NCBI RefSeq assembly: GCF_001194135.2
Contig: NC_068981.1
Location: 78,087,474-78,151,473, forward strand
Direction of reading: 5' to 3'
Source of the DNA: Octopus bimaculoides
Lineage: Eukaryota
Length of the DNA: 64,000 bases
Positions within the stretch are counted from its first letter, which is position 1. Each line of letters begins with the position of its first letter. The translations under genes were made by a program, and so were the position numbers. Positions 39,232 to 51,673 of this stretch are shown one piece after another. The notes beneath the pieces were generated by a model. The model ran no database searches. It saw nothing but the letters and a program-made list of their open reading frames with translations, and was not told the DNA's origin.

Positions 39232-40138
39232 ATCAGGGTATTATTAAGTTGGAAATCATTAAGTAAAGTATTTCTGAATAAATTCCCAATTTATTAGACA
39301 GGAGCATCATACTTCATTTAGTCAACACTGTTCAGGTTCAGTTCTAACTTGTTATTTGAAGTTGAAACTAGATTTCTATTTAACCAAGACAGTACTGGCA
39401 TGGAGCAGCCAAATTTCTAGGATGCTACCATTAGAACAAATGTTCCAATATTTCATATTTGCTCTTTGAAGAGAATGTATGACATTTGGACAAAATTATT
39501 TGTTTGATGGTAAATATCACTCTTATAAATTTATCAGAACATTAGGGATACAACTGAAAGGAAAAACTCTTATCATTCAAGACTATGTTTTCTGTAGTGC
39601 AATATTGTTATTTACCAGTTGAACCCAGTCTGGCTTGATAGTGATTAATAAACATATTCGATTCCAGCAACATACACCTTCCTTCAAAAGCATAGACTTT
39701 GATTTTAAGATTTGTTTTCCACAAAACACAAGGTTTAACTTACTATAAATAACACCAAAATACCACTCCTTTACTGTTAATTATTACTATCAATAGTATC
39801 AAAAATTGACTGTTATTGGAATTACTGGCATGTATTGTATGAGGTCTGGAAATAATGAAAGCTTTCACTGCTTGCCACAGGATCTAAACTCTAAGAATTA
39901 CCAAGTACAGGACATAGAGTGATGAGGAAAGATTTTGTAAATATTATGTTATCTATTCATTAGCATGAGAGGATTTGACTTCAGCACAGTTGATTACTAA
40001 CTTTCCAGTCAGATGATGATGATGATGATGATGGGGATTTCACTGTGATAACATTTTGTATCTCTTCTTAGCCAGTATGTTGTCAGTCAGGTAATTAAGA
40101 ATGTTAAGAGAATCAAACCGTTGACTCTTTAGGCAAGA

Positions 40139-40200
40139 GGCTGGTACCTTTTCTTTTTGGCTCTTGTGGCTGGTACCTTTTCTTTTTGGCTCTTGTGGCT
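40139..40200 (+). repeat. Perfect 29-bp tandem duplication (GGCTGGTACCTTTTCTTTTTGGCTCTTGT)
   Basis: Two exact copies plus GGCT read directly. Confidence 0.95.
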
Positions 40201-40991
40201 TCCTATTCTAATAATTAGTCACTTTTCTTTGTTGCAAGTTAGAAGTCATTGCAAATTTTTGTCTATTCTAAAAATATTAGTTCTGTTTTTTTTTTCTTTT
40301 TCTTTTTTAAGTTTCCATTTAACGTTACTATATTTCTTATGCTGTTGGAACCAACTTCATATAAACTGTGCTACACATGCAGTATTATTCCAGATGTATC
40401 TAGAAAAAAGAAGAGTATATAACCCAAAATGCGATAATGCTATATTATTAATTTCTTTAAGCATAAATTGAAGTTATAGACTTAACACCTTGCCATGATA
40501 TATCTTAGTTTTAGTATTTTGTAATTTGCTTAGAAGTTTAAGATTTAGTTTTTATTATAATTTCATTTTATATCAGTGACTTAAAGTTACTCTTTTTACT
40601 CATATCTTCCCTCAAAAACTTATCTGTATGTTTCCTTAACTACAGTAACTCAATCCAGCCTATCCATATGCTGCAGTCTATAGTTTGAATTGACTATGGA
40701 AATGGTTTCCTCAGATGAACTAAAGTATATATATATGTATATATATATAAAAGGAAATAAAAGTATGCAGTTAACATATGCGTTTTACGCCATTCATTAA
40801 ATTTATATATACTCAAGTACCCAAAATATCAAGGAGTTTCTATCTCAAAAACAGGAATTACACCACAGTTATTTTGTGATCTTTGCTACCCTGGTATCTA
40901 TTAACCAATTTATTTTGTCCAAGTTATTTATTAATTAGGAGAAAATAAATAGATATAATAACATATATATATATATATATATATATGCCAA

Positions 40992-41525
40992 CGTCTCTTT
41001 CATTGAACACTAAACTCGGCTTTTGAAGACCTGTTGGGGCAAGCGAAAGCGAAATCGTGATGGCACCTGTACCAGTGGAGCACTAAGTGCACCGTCCGAG
41101 CGTGATTGCTGCCGGAGCAGCTGTCTGGCTTCCATGCCGGTGGCACGTAAATAGCACCATTTGAACATGATCGTTACCAACATCACCTTCTTGGCACCTG
41201 TGCCAGTGGCACGTGAAAAGGCATTCGAGCTAGATCATTGCCAGTGCCGCTGGACTGGCTCCTGTGCAGGTGGCACGTAAAATACACCATTTCGAGTGTG
41301 GCCGTTGCCAGTACCGCCTGACTAGCCTTCATGCCGGTGGCACGTAAAAGCACCCACTACACTCTCAGAGTGGTTGGTGTTAAGAAGGGCATCCAGCTGT
41401 AGAAACTCTGCCAAACCAGATTGGAGCCTGGTGTAGCCACCTGGTCCACCAGTCCTCAGTCAAATTGTCCAACCCATGCTAGCATGGAAAGCAGACGTTA
41501 AACGATGATGATGATGATGATGATG

Positions 41526-41527
<2 letters not shown>
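40992..41527 (+). mobile_element. RTE-tailed SINE-like element with degenerate internal modules, (GAT)n tail and (TA)n-TGCCAA target-site duplication
   Basis: GCCRGTGGCACGTRAAA recurs at about 41137, 41203, 41268 and 41333. The 3' 190 bp are nearly identical to 32520-32703. Both flanks end ATATATATGCCAA (40991 and 41558). Confidence 0.9.
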
Positions 41528-41556
<29 letters not shown>

Positions 41557-42469
41557 AAGTTACTTGTTCTTGAAAATCTAGTTATTGAAATCCCTCTTGC
41601 CTATTTATATGTTTGTTTATTATTTTTGATAATCTTAAGTTCATTTTTCCATGCTTAAGTAAACTGGACAGCTTGAGTTGCAGCAATAGTAAGTCAACCA
41701 TGAAATAAATATGAATGGGATGTCTTTTATTATTATTTTTTTACTATTGAACATAGTGGAGCATGCAGAGTTTGGTGTCTTGCTGAAGATTACAATGTAA
41801 TGTCAGTGGTTGGGTTTGAACTATCATTTTTTGTGGTCAGTAGTCTACCATATTAACATCACCTCACACACATTTTTGTTTCATATACATTCATGTAATA
41901 TATTATTCTGCCTCGAAAATGGTTGCGCTATCTGTACATTTGTATTTATTTATTTATGTACACACACACACACACATACGTTGACCACTTTCAAGGCAGA
42001 ATAATATATTATACAATATTTGTTGTTGTTTGACTCTGGGCAGGCATGATAAAGGTTTTCTAGCCATGACCATCCCATAACGTTATATATTTACAACTGC
42101 ATTGCCAATATATCGTTGTATTAAGATGATAGTGTATGAATTGACTGCATTTAAAAGAATACCTCATCGAATGTGCTTAGGGCAAACCTTGTTATCTATG
42201 GAAAGATAATTTTTCTTGGCACTGGTCATCAGTCTTGGAAGCTATGTTGGATTTAAACTATATGTGAAGACACCCACATATAGATATATAACAAGTACGT
42301 GCATGTAAGCCTAGTTGCATTGATCAAATGCTATTTTAATGATTAGTTTTGTAAGGCAAACTGCAAACTGTGTGTTTGTGTGTTGTGCATTTGGCAGTAG
42401 TCAGATGCTGCTGTACAACAGTATATTATATTCATCCTAACTAAATAAGGATAGTCTCAAGTATTTGTA

Positions 42470-42720
42470 TGCTAGTGAACGTCTGCAGCAGCCTGAATTC
42501 AAACATACACATGTATATATTGTCAAAACTGCCCTGTAGTATCTCATCTGTCAGGACTAACTCCATAATCTATGATCTAATTACTTTGTCCCAAGCCCAC
42601 TCCTATCTCTCCCACTGTTGTTCCCCTCCTGCAAACAGATCTCAGCATATTTCCCTCGTCCTTCTGCCTGCCTCATCTATATACATCACATGTCTACATC
42701 AATGCAGTTGTAATCTCTTT
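42470..42720 (-). mobile_element. RTE LINE 3' remnant
   Basis: Minus: RLQLH*CRHVMYIDE..WDKVIR..ELVLT, cf. RRLRWYGHVMRMD..TWDEVVR.DL..L.LT. Confidence 0.5.
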
Positions 42721-44249
42721 AAGTATATTGGTCAACATTTCTGAGGAAAAAACAAACACATTAAATACCAACTAGTGTAAAACAACTGTATGTGTGTGTG
42801 CGTGATTATGTTGATGTGCTCATGTGTGTATGTACACATTTGTATGTGATTGGTTGTTTGGGTGAGTGAATGAGTGAAAGAGAAATATCAACTTATTACA
42901 ATAATATTTGTCATCACAAAATCTGTTACTGAGTCTGCATTATACGCTTTCAGAAAGTTTGTTTGATTAAAGGTACATACTCTAAGAGTAAGTGACCCAG
43001 AAGGGAAATTAATTACTAAAACACTGCACTGCCAACTCCACAAACCATTTTATGAAATTGGTAGTACTTGTAGGTGTAGTAGTAGTGGTGGTGGTGCTTG
43101 TGCTGGTGTTAATGGTGACAACAGCAGTGATAGTAATAATCAATGAGCGCAGAGAAGAGATATGAATGAAAAATATACTGTTGCCGAATCATTTATCTAA
43201 TTGTACAAGTAGACTCAGTGAGTGAGTAAAAGAACTATTGCAGACAATCATACTAACTAGTGTTACTACTATCCCTATTATTAAAATTACATATGGAGAA
43301 ACATAAATTGATAGATGGGATTACACAAGTATGGTCTTAGTGTCTGTATGTGAATGCACTATATATTTTTTCTTCTTGGTTTGGGTCTTTTGGTTACAAC
43401 CATGCTGGGGCACTACCATCTCCTAGAATTTAGTTGATCACATTGATCTCTGTACTTTATCGATTTCTCTCTAAACCACTAAGATACAGGACATGAAAGT
43501 GACACAACATTTGTCTGCATTTTAGAGATGTAGAATTATCATTATCAGACACTCTGATATACTGTTTTAGTTCTTTGGCCTTCGTTCTTTGGCCTTCTTC
43601 AGATATCGGTCATATTTGGTGAAATTCTTAAAACTTGAAATTGACTTATTTATTAATTCCATTGCGGGTAGATTATTACCATTCTGTTGTTGTTCATTGT
43701 AGGGATATTCCCCCACATCATTTTTGTTTGATCCTGAGTGTATATAATAGTGACAGACCCAGAAATTGAACTCATTCTCACTTTAATACTTGACATTTAA
43801 TCAATGCATCATTGTTACAATGGATAGTTAAGTAATGGAAATTAAAAGTTTTAAATTTATGTTGTCTTTTGTGGTGGGTTTTGTGTTCTTTGTTTCTTAA
43901 TTAAAGGTTCCCATATGCTGTTTGCTTCGATGATGTTATCGAAGCCCAGTATATAAGCTGATTCTTTCAGCTGACTTATCTTGCAGTGCTGTTCCCTATC
44001 ATCTTAACATTAAACCTATTTCTGACTGGTCATAAAAAAGAAAAGTTAGCTTTAAAATTTTTAATTTCCATTACTTAATTGTTCTATGGGATTATGGGAT
44101 AGAGAATATAAGTATTAATTAATTGTGAAGTGTTAAGTGCTGTAATTTAACTAGTGAGCATGAGTTCTATCCCTGGGTCAGCCAAACAATATATAATTGT
44201 GGTTCAAGCAGAAGGAGCAATAACTTTACAAATGAGAGAATAACTAATA

Positions 44250-44760
44250 GAAAAGGAAGATAACAGTTGATTATATCAACCCCAGTGCTTAACTGGTATT
44301 ATATCAATTCCAGAAAGATGAAAGTCAAAGTTGATCTCTATAATTATTGATTTCAAATTTTGGGGGAAGGGAGAAGTCTATCACATCTACCCCAGTACTC
44401 AATCGGTTCTTATTTTATCAACCCCAAAAGGATGAAAGGCAATGTCAACCTTGGCGGAATTTGAACTCAAGACGTAAAGATGGACAAAATGCCACTAAGT
44501 ATTTTGCTCAGCATGCTAACAGTTCTGCCAGCTCACCGCTTTAGTTGATTTCAACAATTATGATGATGTCTTTTGTTTACCACTAGGCCAGATATTTTGC
44601 ATGTGTGAAGAGTTGCTTTGCATTGTCTCTCCTAACCAGTAATTCTCTGGTACTTTGTTTAATTGACCCCAGAAAAATGAAAGGCAGAGTTCATCTCAGT
44701 AGGATTTGAACTCGATACGGCAGGGCATTTTGTCCAATGCGCTTAATGATTTTGCCATAA
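44250..44760 (-). mobile_element. Three same-orientation copies of the GCCTTTCATCC-core SINE
   Basis: Repeated CCCCAG(T/A)..GATGAAAG(G/T)CA..GTT(G/C)A(T/C)CT..ATTTGAACTC at about 44280, 44420 and 44665. Confidence 0.7.
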
Positions 44761-45301
44761 CACTCTAAAGATTTTACCAGTCTGCTTCAGCAACAAAATT
44801 TTGTTCTTCCTTCATAATAGTTTTGGTTTTCCAAACTATTAAATTCACTTTTGTGATTCTCTTCATGCTGTGTTTTGAGCAGTATACTCTTTGATCAGCT
44901 TCAGAAGCCATATTTTCATACATAAACTTTTGTTCAGCCCTTGGGTATGGATTAAACTCATAAACAATTATTTTTGACATATAATTTCAATGTTCTTTAG
45001 CTACTGTGCCTTTAAACTATGCTATTCTCTTTCAAGTAATAGCTAATGTCAAAAATATAGTCATATAACTCCATCACACTATGTTATCAGATCTATATCT
45101 TTTTGTCATTTTCATTATTCCCTTCATATCTGTTCATCAGCCTGCATGTCTGTCTGTTGGACTGTCCCGCTGACCACTTTTCATCCTTCCTATTTTTCTT
45201 CCTATCTTCCTTTTGTGTGTGTGAGTATGTGTGTGTATATGTGTGTGCATATATATGTGTGTATACTTGTATGTTTGTGTTTATATATATATGCTTATAT
45301 G

Positions 45302-45337
<36 letters not shown>

Positions 45338-45456
45338 NNNNNNNNNNNNNNNNNNNNNNNNNNNNNNNNNNNNNNNNNNNNNNNNNNNNNNNNNNNNNNN
45401 NNNNNNNNNNNNNNNNNNNNNNNNNNNNNNNNNNNNNGTATACATATGTAACTATA

Positions 45457-46732
45457 TATCAGATTGGTGCAAAAGTAATGTTTGATTTCTAGAAGAATTA
45501 TTTCAGAGCGAATTTATCAATTTTTAAACTTCTCCTTATAGTTGTAAGATATCTCTGTGTATAATTAGTACTATTTTCTTTCCGCTTATCAACTTCAGGC
45601 CATAATTCTCAGAAAATGTTACCACCATGTTTGTCCCATCTAAAGATTACTTAAGAAGTGTCTTATTCTACGAGTTTCATAAAGGTGTTAATGCAAATGC
45701 AGCTGTAAGATCTATTCAGAACTCTTATGGAGATGATGTAGGAAATTAAAGAATTTGCAGGAGGTGGTTTTCCCATTTCCAAAATGGTGATTTCACTTAG
45801 GAAGAAGATCGAAAAAGAGGGTTGTCCAAAAAAGATTGTTTCGGAAATGTTGGAAGCTCTTGTTTCAGAGAACCCTACTCGGAACTTGCAAAAAAAAAGT
45901 TAAATGTGGCCCATACAACCGTGGCACGGCAGCTAAAACACATTGGAAAGGTTTCAGTGGCTGGGAAATGGTTCCCTCACAAGCTGTCTCCAGAGAATAG
46001 ACAACAGCATGCTGCTTCTTGTCAATCATTGCTTTCACGACGCTTTCAAGCAACGTTTTTAGACAGGCTTGTTACAGGTGATGAGAAACTGATTCTTTAC
46101 CATAATGTTAAATGCTGCTGTTCTTGGATCAGTGCAGGAAGATAGCCAGTTTAATAACCGAGAGCAGGACTTCATCCAAAGAAGACCGTGTTGAGTGTAT
46201 GGTGGGATATTAAAGGAGTAATCCATTATGAACTGTTGGACAACAACCAAACAATTAATGCTAATCTTAACTGTGAGCAACTTCTTCATTTCAAAACAGT
46301 TCTTGAGCCAAAAGAGAGCATCCTTGGTTAACAGAAAGGGTGTCATCTTCCATCACGATAACGCTTGTCCTCACACAGCTCGACTGACCAAAACTCTCTT
46401 GGAAGAGCTTGGTTGGAAAATACTGTCTCATCCTCCATATTCTCCTGACATTGCTCCTTCTGATTACCATTTGTTCCGAGTAATACAGAACCATTTTTTG
46501 ATGGACTTAGGTTAACAACAAGAGAAGAGATTGAAAATGAGTTGGATTCATATTTTGGTTCTAAACCTACAGAATTTTACAAGCGAGGCATTTATAAGGT
46601 TGCTGAAAGATGGAATGAGGTCATTGAAAGCAATGGAGAGTATGTTAATGAATAAATATTTCCATAGTCATTGGCTTATTCATTTTTACCTTAGATCTTT
46701 AAATCGGACATTACTTTTGCACCAACCTGATA
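45457..46732 (+). mobile_element. Full-length mariner (Hsmar1/cecropia-like TIRs), 1276 bp including TA duplication
   Basis: Left TATCAGATTGGTGCAAAAGTAATGTTTGATTT (45457-45488). Right end reverse-complements to TATCAGGTTGGTGCAAAAGTAATGTCCGATTT (46701-46732), 29/32 identical. Inserted in a (TA)n tract. Confidence 0.95.
45627..46655 (+). pseudogene. Mariner D,D34D transposase pseudogene
   Basis: MFVPSKDYLRSVLFYEFHKG..; GKWFPHKLS (cf. WVPHEL); FLDRLVTGDEK; KTVLSVWWDIKGVIHYELL; IFHHDNACPH; HPPYSPDIAPSDYHLF with 34 residues between the 2nd and 3rd catalytic D; ends ERWNEVIESNGEYVNE*. Several stops and frameshifts. Confidence 0.93.
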
Positions 46733-46773
46733 TATATATTTACATATATATATGTACATATATATATATGTAT

Positions 46774-46807
<34 letters not shown>

Positions 46808-47574
46808 GCGTGTGTGTATGTATTTGTATCAATATCTTTATCTTTCTCTCAGGGAGATCTTGCAGATTGATAGCATGTGTGTATGGAACTGAGCATGAAA
46901 GGAAATATTTACATAATTATGTTTTCTAAACAAATATTCATAGAAACTGTGGCTGGTCTATGGAATAAGCTCTCTTCTCCCTAATATCTACTTCATCTGT
47001 CATTAAAGGAAGCCAGAAATAATATAATTTCATTCTTGATATGAAATAGTCCAACCAGATTTATTCATCCTCCTCTCATCCATCTTCCTGTTTTATGTTT
47101 ATGTTCAACCAGAACAAATACATTCGTGCATAGCCTTGAGTTTCCTTTTCCTTTTAGTTGAGGAGAGAACTATAACACATGTATATACATCAATGTGTGT
47201 GTATATTATATATATCATCAAGTTATTTATTGGGTATAAAAAGTAAAAAGGATGCTGATGATGATAATTATTAGGCATCAGGTTTATCAAAGAGATTGAA
47301 TTGAACCAATTTCAGCTCATGAGCTGTGGCCATGCTGGGGCATGGTCAGAATTGAAACAGGTCTAGCATCCTTACCTCCTAATATGAAGGTTAATAAAAT
47401 TTATTCTCTTATGTGTGTCAGCCCTAAGGTTGTAGCTATGCTGATAAGACATCTCAGGAAAGTTTTGCAGAAAAAATGGATATAGTTAAGTTCATTAACC
47501 CTGTTAGCTGTTTTGTATTAAACACTTAAGTAGCAAGTACTGAAATGAGCAAATACCTGACTATTATTGAGTCT

Positions 47575-48010
47575 TTCATCATCATCATTTAACATCCAAT
47601 TTTCTATGCTTGCATGGGTCAGAGGGAATTTGTTGAGGCAGATTTTCTATGGCTGGATGCCCTTCCTGTCACCAACCCCCATATCTTTCCAGGCAAGGTA
47701 TTATTTCCCCATGGTCAAACAGAAGACTGGAAACACTTGTATATCCTCATATACAACCTCACTTGTATATCGATGATACTCATTTACAACATTTATGTGA
47801 TGTCTAGAGAAGACTACATCCATGCACATACATACACATATATGCACATAGGACAGGCTTCAGTTAGTTTCCATTCACCAAATCCACTCTTCAGGCTTTA
47901 GTCAACCTGTAACTACAGTTGAAGTCATTCATCCAAGGTTCCTTGCTGTGGAACTGAACCCAGACCTCATGGCCGGGAAGCAGGTTTCATAACCACACAG
48001 TCATGCCTGC
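47575..48010 (-). mobile_element. tRNA/CORE-like SINE with RTE-type tail
   Basis: CATCATCATTTAACATCCAATTTTCTATGCTTGCATGGGTC..GGCTGGATGCCCTTCCTGTCACCAACCC; head GGAACTGAACCC..AACCACACAG. Confidence 0.75.
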
Positions 48011-48089
48011 AGAGTTTTCCTTGCTAACATTGGTTGGGCAATATAATGACAGTAGTAACTGAAGATGTAACGGTGGTGGTGGTGTCTCT

Positions 48090-48489
48090 AATTCAGTACA
48101 AAGCCAGCAATTTTGAGGAGAAGGGTTAGTCAATTATATCTGCTACTTTGTTATTAATCATGAAAAGATGAAAGGCAAAGTGATTGACTTCAGTGAGTTT
48201 TGAATTCAGAATCGAAGAATTGGAACAAATACCATGAAACATTTTTCCAATGCACTAATAATTTGGCCAACTCACCATCTTTATAATAATTATTTCTAAC
48301 CTTGGCACAAGGCCTGAAATTTTATAAGGTGTTTAGTTGATTAGATTGACTCCAGTACTTGACTCATGTTTTATTTTAACAACCTTCAAGGGATGAAAGG
48401 TGTAATTGACCACAATGAGATTTGAACTCAGAATATAAAGAGCTGAGGTAAATACCACAAACTCTAACAGTTCTGTCAATCCATCACCC

Positions 48490-48526
<37 letters not shown>

Positions 48527-50100
48527 CATTCTACTATAGATACCAGGCCTGAAATTTTATGGAAGTGGGGATAGCCTATTACATTGACCCCCAGTGCTTG
48601 ACTGGTACTTATTTCATTGACCCCGAAAGGATGACAGGTAAAGTTGACCGCAGCAGAATTTGAACTCAGAACATAATGCTGGAAGAAATGCCAGTAGCAT
48701 TTTGATGGGTATACTAGCAATTCTGCCAGTTCACTTTTTTAATGATAGCGTACCTGGCACCCATGCTGGTGGTGCGTAAAAAGTCCCTTTTGAACATTGG
48801 GCCTCACAGAGGCAGTGACAAATGACTGAGACCTATGGTAATATACTGTGCCTGAGAAGACCTGTCAAGTCAAGTGAGATCATAGTCATGACTGATGTCG
48901 ATACTTTGTAACTGGCACCCATGCCAGCGGCATGTAAAAAGAACCCGCTACACCCTTGGAGTGGTTGGCATTAGGAAGGGCATCTAGCTGTAGAAACCAT
49001 GCCAAATCAGACTGAAACCTGGTGCAGATCGCCAGCTTACCAGTTTTCAGTCAAACTGCCCAACCCATGCTAGCATGAAAAGCAGATGCTAAATGATGAT
49101 GGTGATGATGAATAACGGAATGAATGTTGGCAAGTCAGGAACAAGAAATACGTCAAACAACAGTCAAACTTGTTCATTTTGTTATTAGTGCCCTCAGGGC
49201 AATTTCAAAGAATCTAGATGCAACACCTGAGAGCTTAGGCATACCAAATATATTAGGGAGTGCACAAATGGCTGTGGTGCTTGGAATGTTTATGTACTGA
49301 GGAAGGTTTTGTGCTTCTGATTTGCAGGCAGGAGCTGAGACATAATTACATACAACCCAACTTCCAACTTTAAAGGATCTATGTGTTGGAGAACAACAAA
49401 GCAATAATAATAATAATAAAGCCAGAAATTTTAGCGACAGGGAGCAAGTTGAGTACATCAACCCTAGTACTTGGCTGGTACCTTATTTTATCAGTTCCAG
49501 TGAAATGAGAGGCAAATTTGGCTTCAGCAAGATTAATAATAATAGTGTTAATAATAGAATCTGTTTTAGGGACCGGCCTGCTATTTTTGAAGGGAAAGAG
49601 TTAGTCGATACCATAAGCCACAGTACTCACCTGGTCATTTTTGTTATCAACCCAGGAGGAGTAAAAGTCAAAGTTGACCTCAGGGATTTGAACTGAGAAT
49701 ATTAAGAGCTAGAACAAATATTGCACTGTATTTTTTCTGAGATTATGATGATTCTAAAATAATAATGATTTTTAACTTATGCATTGGGCCACAGTTTTTG
49801 GAAGTAGACTGTAGTCAGTTTAATTGGTCCCCCACTATCACCACTATTCCAAAAATGAAAGACAAATTTGATCTCTACATAGATTTGAATCTGAGATGTA
49901 AAAAGGACATAACTAAATACAGCAGTTCTTTTTTTTTTTTTTTACAGTGTCATAAAACCCCAAATTCGTAGGAGAGGGATATTGTTCATTCTATTGACTC
50001 CAGTATATGACTAGTATTGCTTTTTTGACTATGGTAGGCTTTCATTGTTGGACAAGACTGAATATCACACAGCATAGAATTTAATCAAGTATTCTAGCAA
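48090..50100 (-). mobile_element. Cluster of about 7 GCCTTTCATCC-core SINE copies (minus) plus one RTE-tailed SINE (plus, 48735-49112)
   Basis: Recurrent GAAATTTT..ATTGAC(C/T)CCAGT..TGGTAC..ATGAAAGG..GTTGACC..ATTTGAACT units at about 48100, 48300, 48535, 49420, 49570, 49785 and 49975, several separated by (AAT)n. Confidence 0.75.
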
Positions 50101-50493
50101 AATTTGCAATCTTATCACTTTATAATAATAATTATGGAAATGATACTTAAGTCCTATATTGGTTACATATTACTCACTAATTTAAACATTTGATTCTATG
50201 CGTCAGTGACTAACATCAGCTATGAAATCTATGTTAAGTAATCTCCATAACTCTAGTGTTCGTTATAATTTGTATGCTGAATGAGGGAGGGAGTGGGGAG
50301 TAAATTACCCTAAAAGGGTGGAATGGCAAGAGGGTGATTCTTACTCCACCCTATCTTACCCACTAAGAACTCTCCAATAACAGAATTTTTTAAAGATATA
50401 GTTAAAGATATTTTTTAAGTCCTCAAGTGGGTATGGGGGCTGGTATGATGGAATCAGGTTAGACTTGCAACTCTAGAGTAATTAATACCATGA

Positions 50494-50711
50494 GTTATTG
50501 CTGTTGTTTAGCTCCAGGTTAACCCTTATCAAGCAGACCCTATGAGCAAAGGCATTCCAATCCTGATCATCCTGTCTTTTTTCCTATATTCAGAGAGAAC
50601 CACACTACTCAATGTTCTTCTTTTAAGATTATGGGAGTGGTTTGAGGGATATTAGGCTACTATTTCTAGTAGGACAAGTCACCACGTAGAGGCTCCCTCA
50701 TTGATTTATCC
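50494..50711 (-). mobile_element. Best-preserved copy of the (AAC)n-tailed short retroelement-like family
   Basis: Sense strand: GAGGGAGCCTCTACGTGGTGACTTGTCCTACTAGAAATAGTAGCCTAATATCCCTC...GGAGCTAAACAACAGCAATAAC. No tRNA A/B boxes visible. Confidence 0.75.
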
Positions 50712-51610
50712 ATTCTGAATTAGATTTTTAGTAGTATCAGGATTTATTTTTCTTCTTGCTTTTAGTACAGAAAAAAGGCTGGGCCCATGACCCTTTACTG
50801 GATTAGTGGGAGAGATGAAGGTTATCCTTAAATCAGAGACTTGGCCTGAATGCTTGAAGCAGTTAAGGCTCCCATGGTGCCATGTGGTAGTGTTAAACCA
50901 AGTAACAGATTAAACATGCCATTCAAGCAAGCCTTGGTAGGATTTGAACTCACAGTGCAAAGAGCTATAATAAATACTGCAAGGCATCCAGTTTGACATT
51001 TTTGCAGTTCTACTAATTCACCACTCTGGACTGGTACTTTGTTTTAATTGATCTTGAATTCACAGCATAGCAGAACCAAGTCACCATCAATTAGCAGTTT
51101 ACTATGTTTAAGAATGGACATATTTGATAATGCAGTCCTGGACATAAACTGTATAAGACAAGATAATCATGGTCAGAATTCTTCTGATTTTGGTTCACTT
51201 AATTAGGCTTTGCTGGTGTTAAGTAACAACAGTTAAAACAAGTTTCAGTATTTTTTTTTTTAAGTGCCTATAATTGTTTCTCTTTAATTTAAAGATGTGT
51301 TACCTGGGATTTTGGGGACAGTGGGAGAAATTGGGAATTAATTTCATTCATGCCTTTCCCACTTCCTCAACATCAACGGTACTTGTCATATATTGTTAGT
51401 AAGTCACATGACTATTTGTCTCCCTTTTACAAAAACACCTTCTAGCTTCCCAGAAGGAGTGTGGTGGGGATGGGCGAGGCAGTAAAATTTGTCTTGTGGT
51501 GTTTGACTGAAAATTAGTGTTACTATGGTTTCCAAGTCAAATAGGGCCTTCCATACCTTTTACCTCTTACCACCCTTCTCTGTCTTCTATCTGTATCTTG
51601 CTCCTTTTCA

Positions 51611-51673
<63 letters not shown>

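Noticed and set aside
43924-43979. Two small adjacent hairpins (GCTTCGAT/ATCGAAGC and ATAAG..CTTAT)
   Set aside because: Too short for an H/ACA snoRNA or pre-miRNA, with no supporting boxes.
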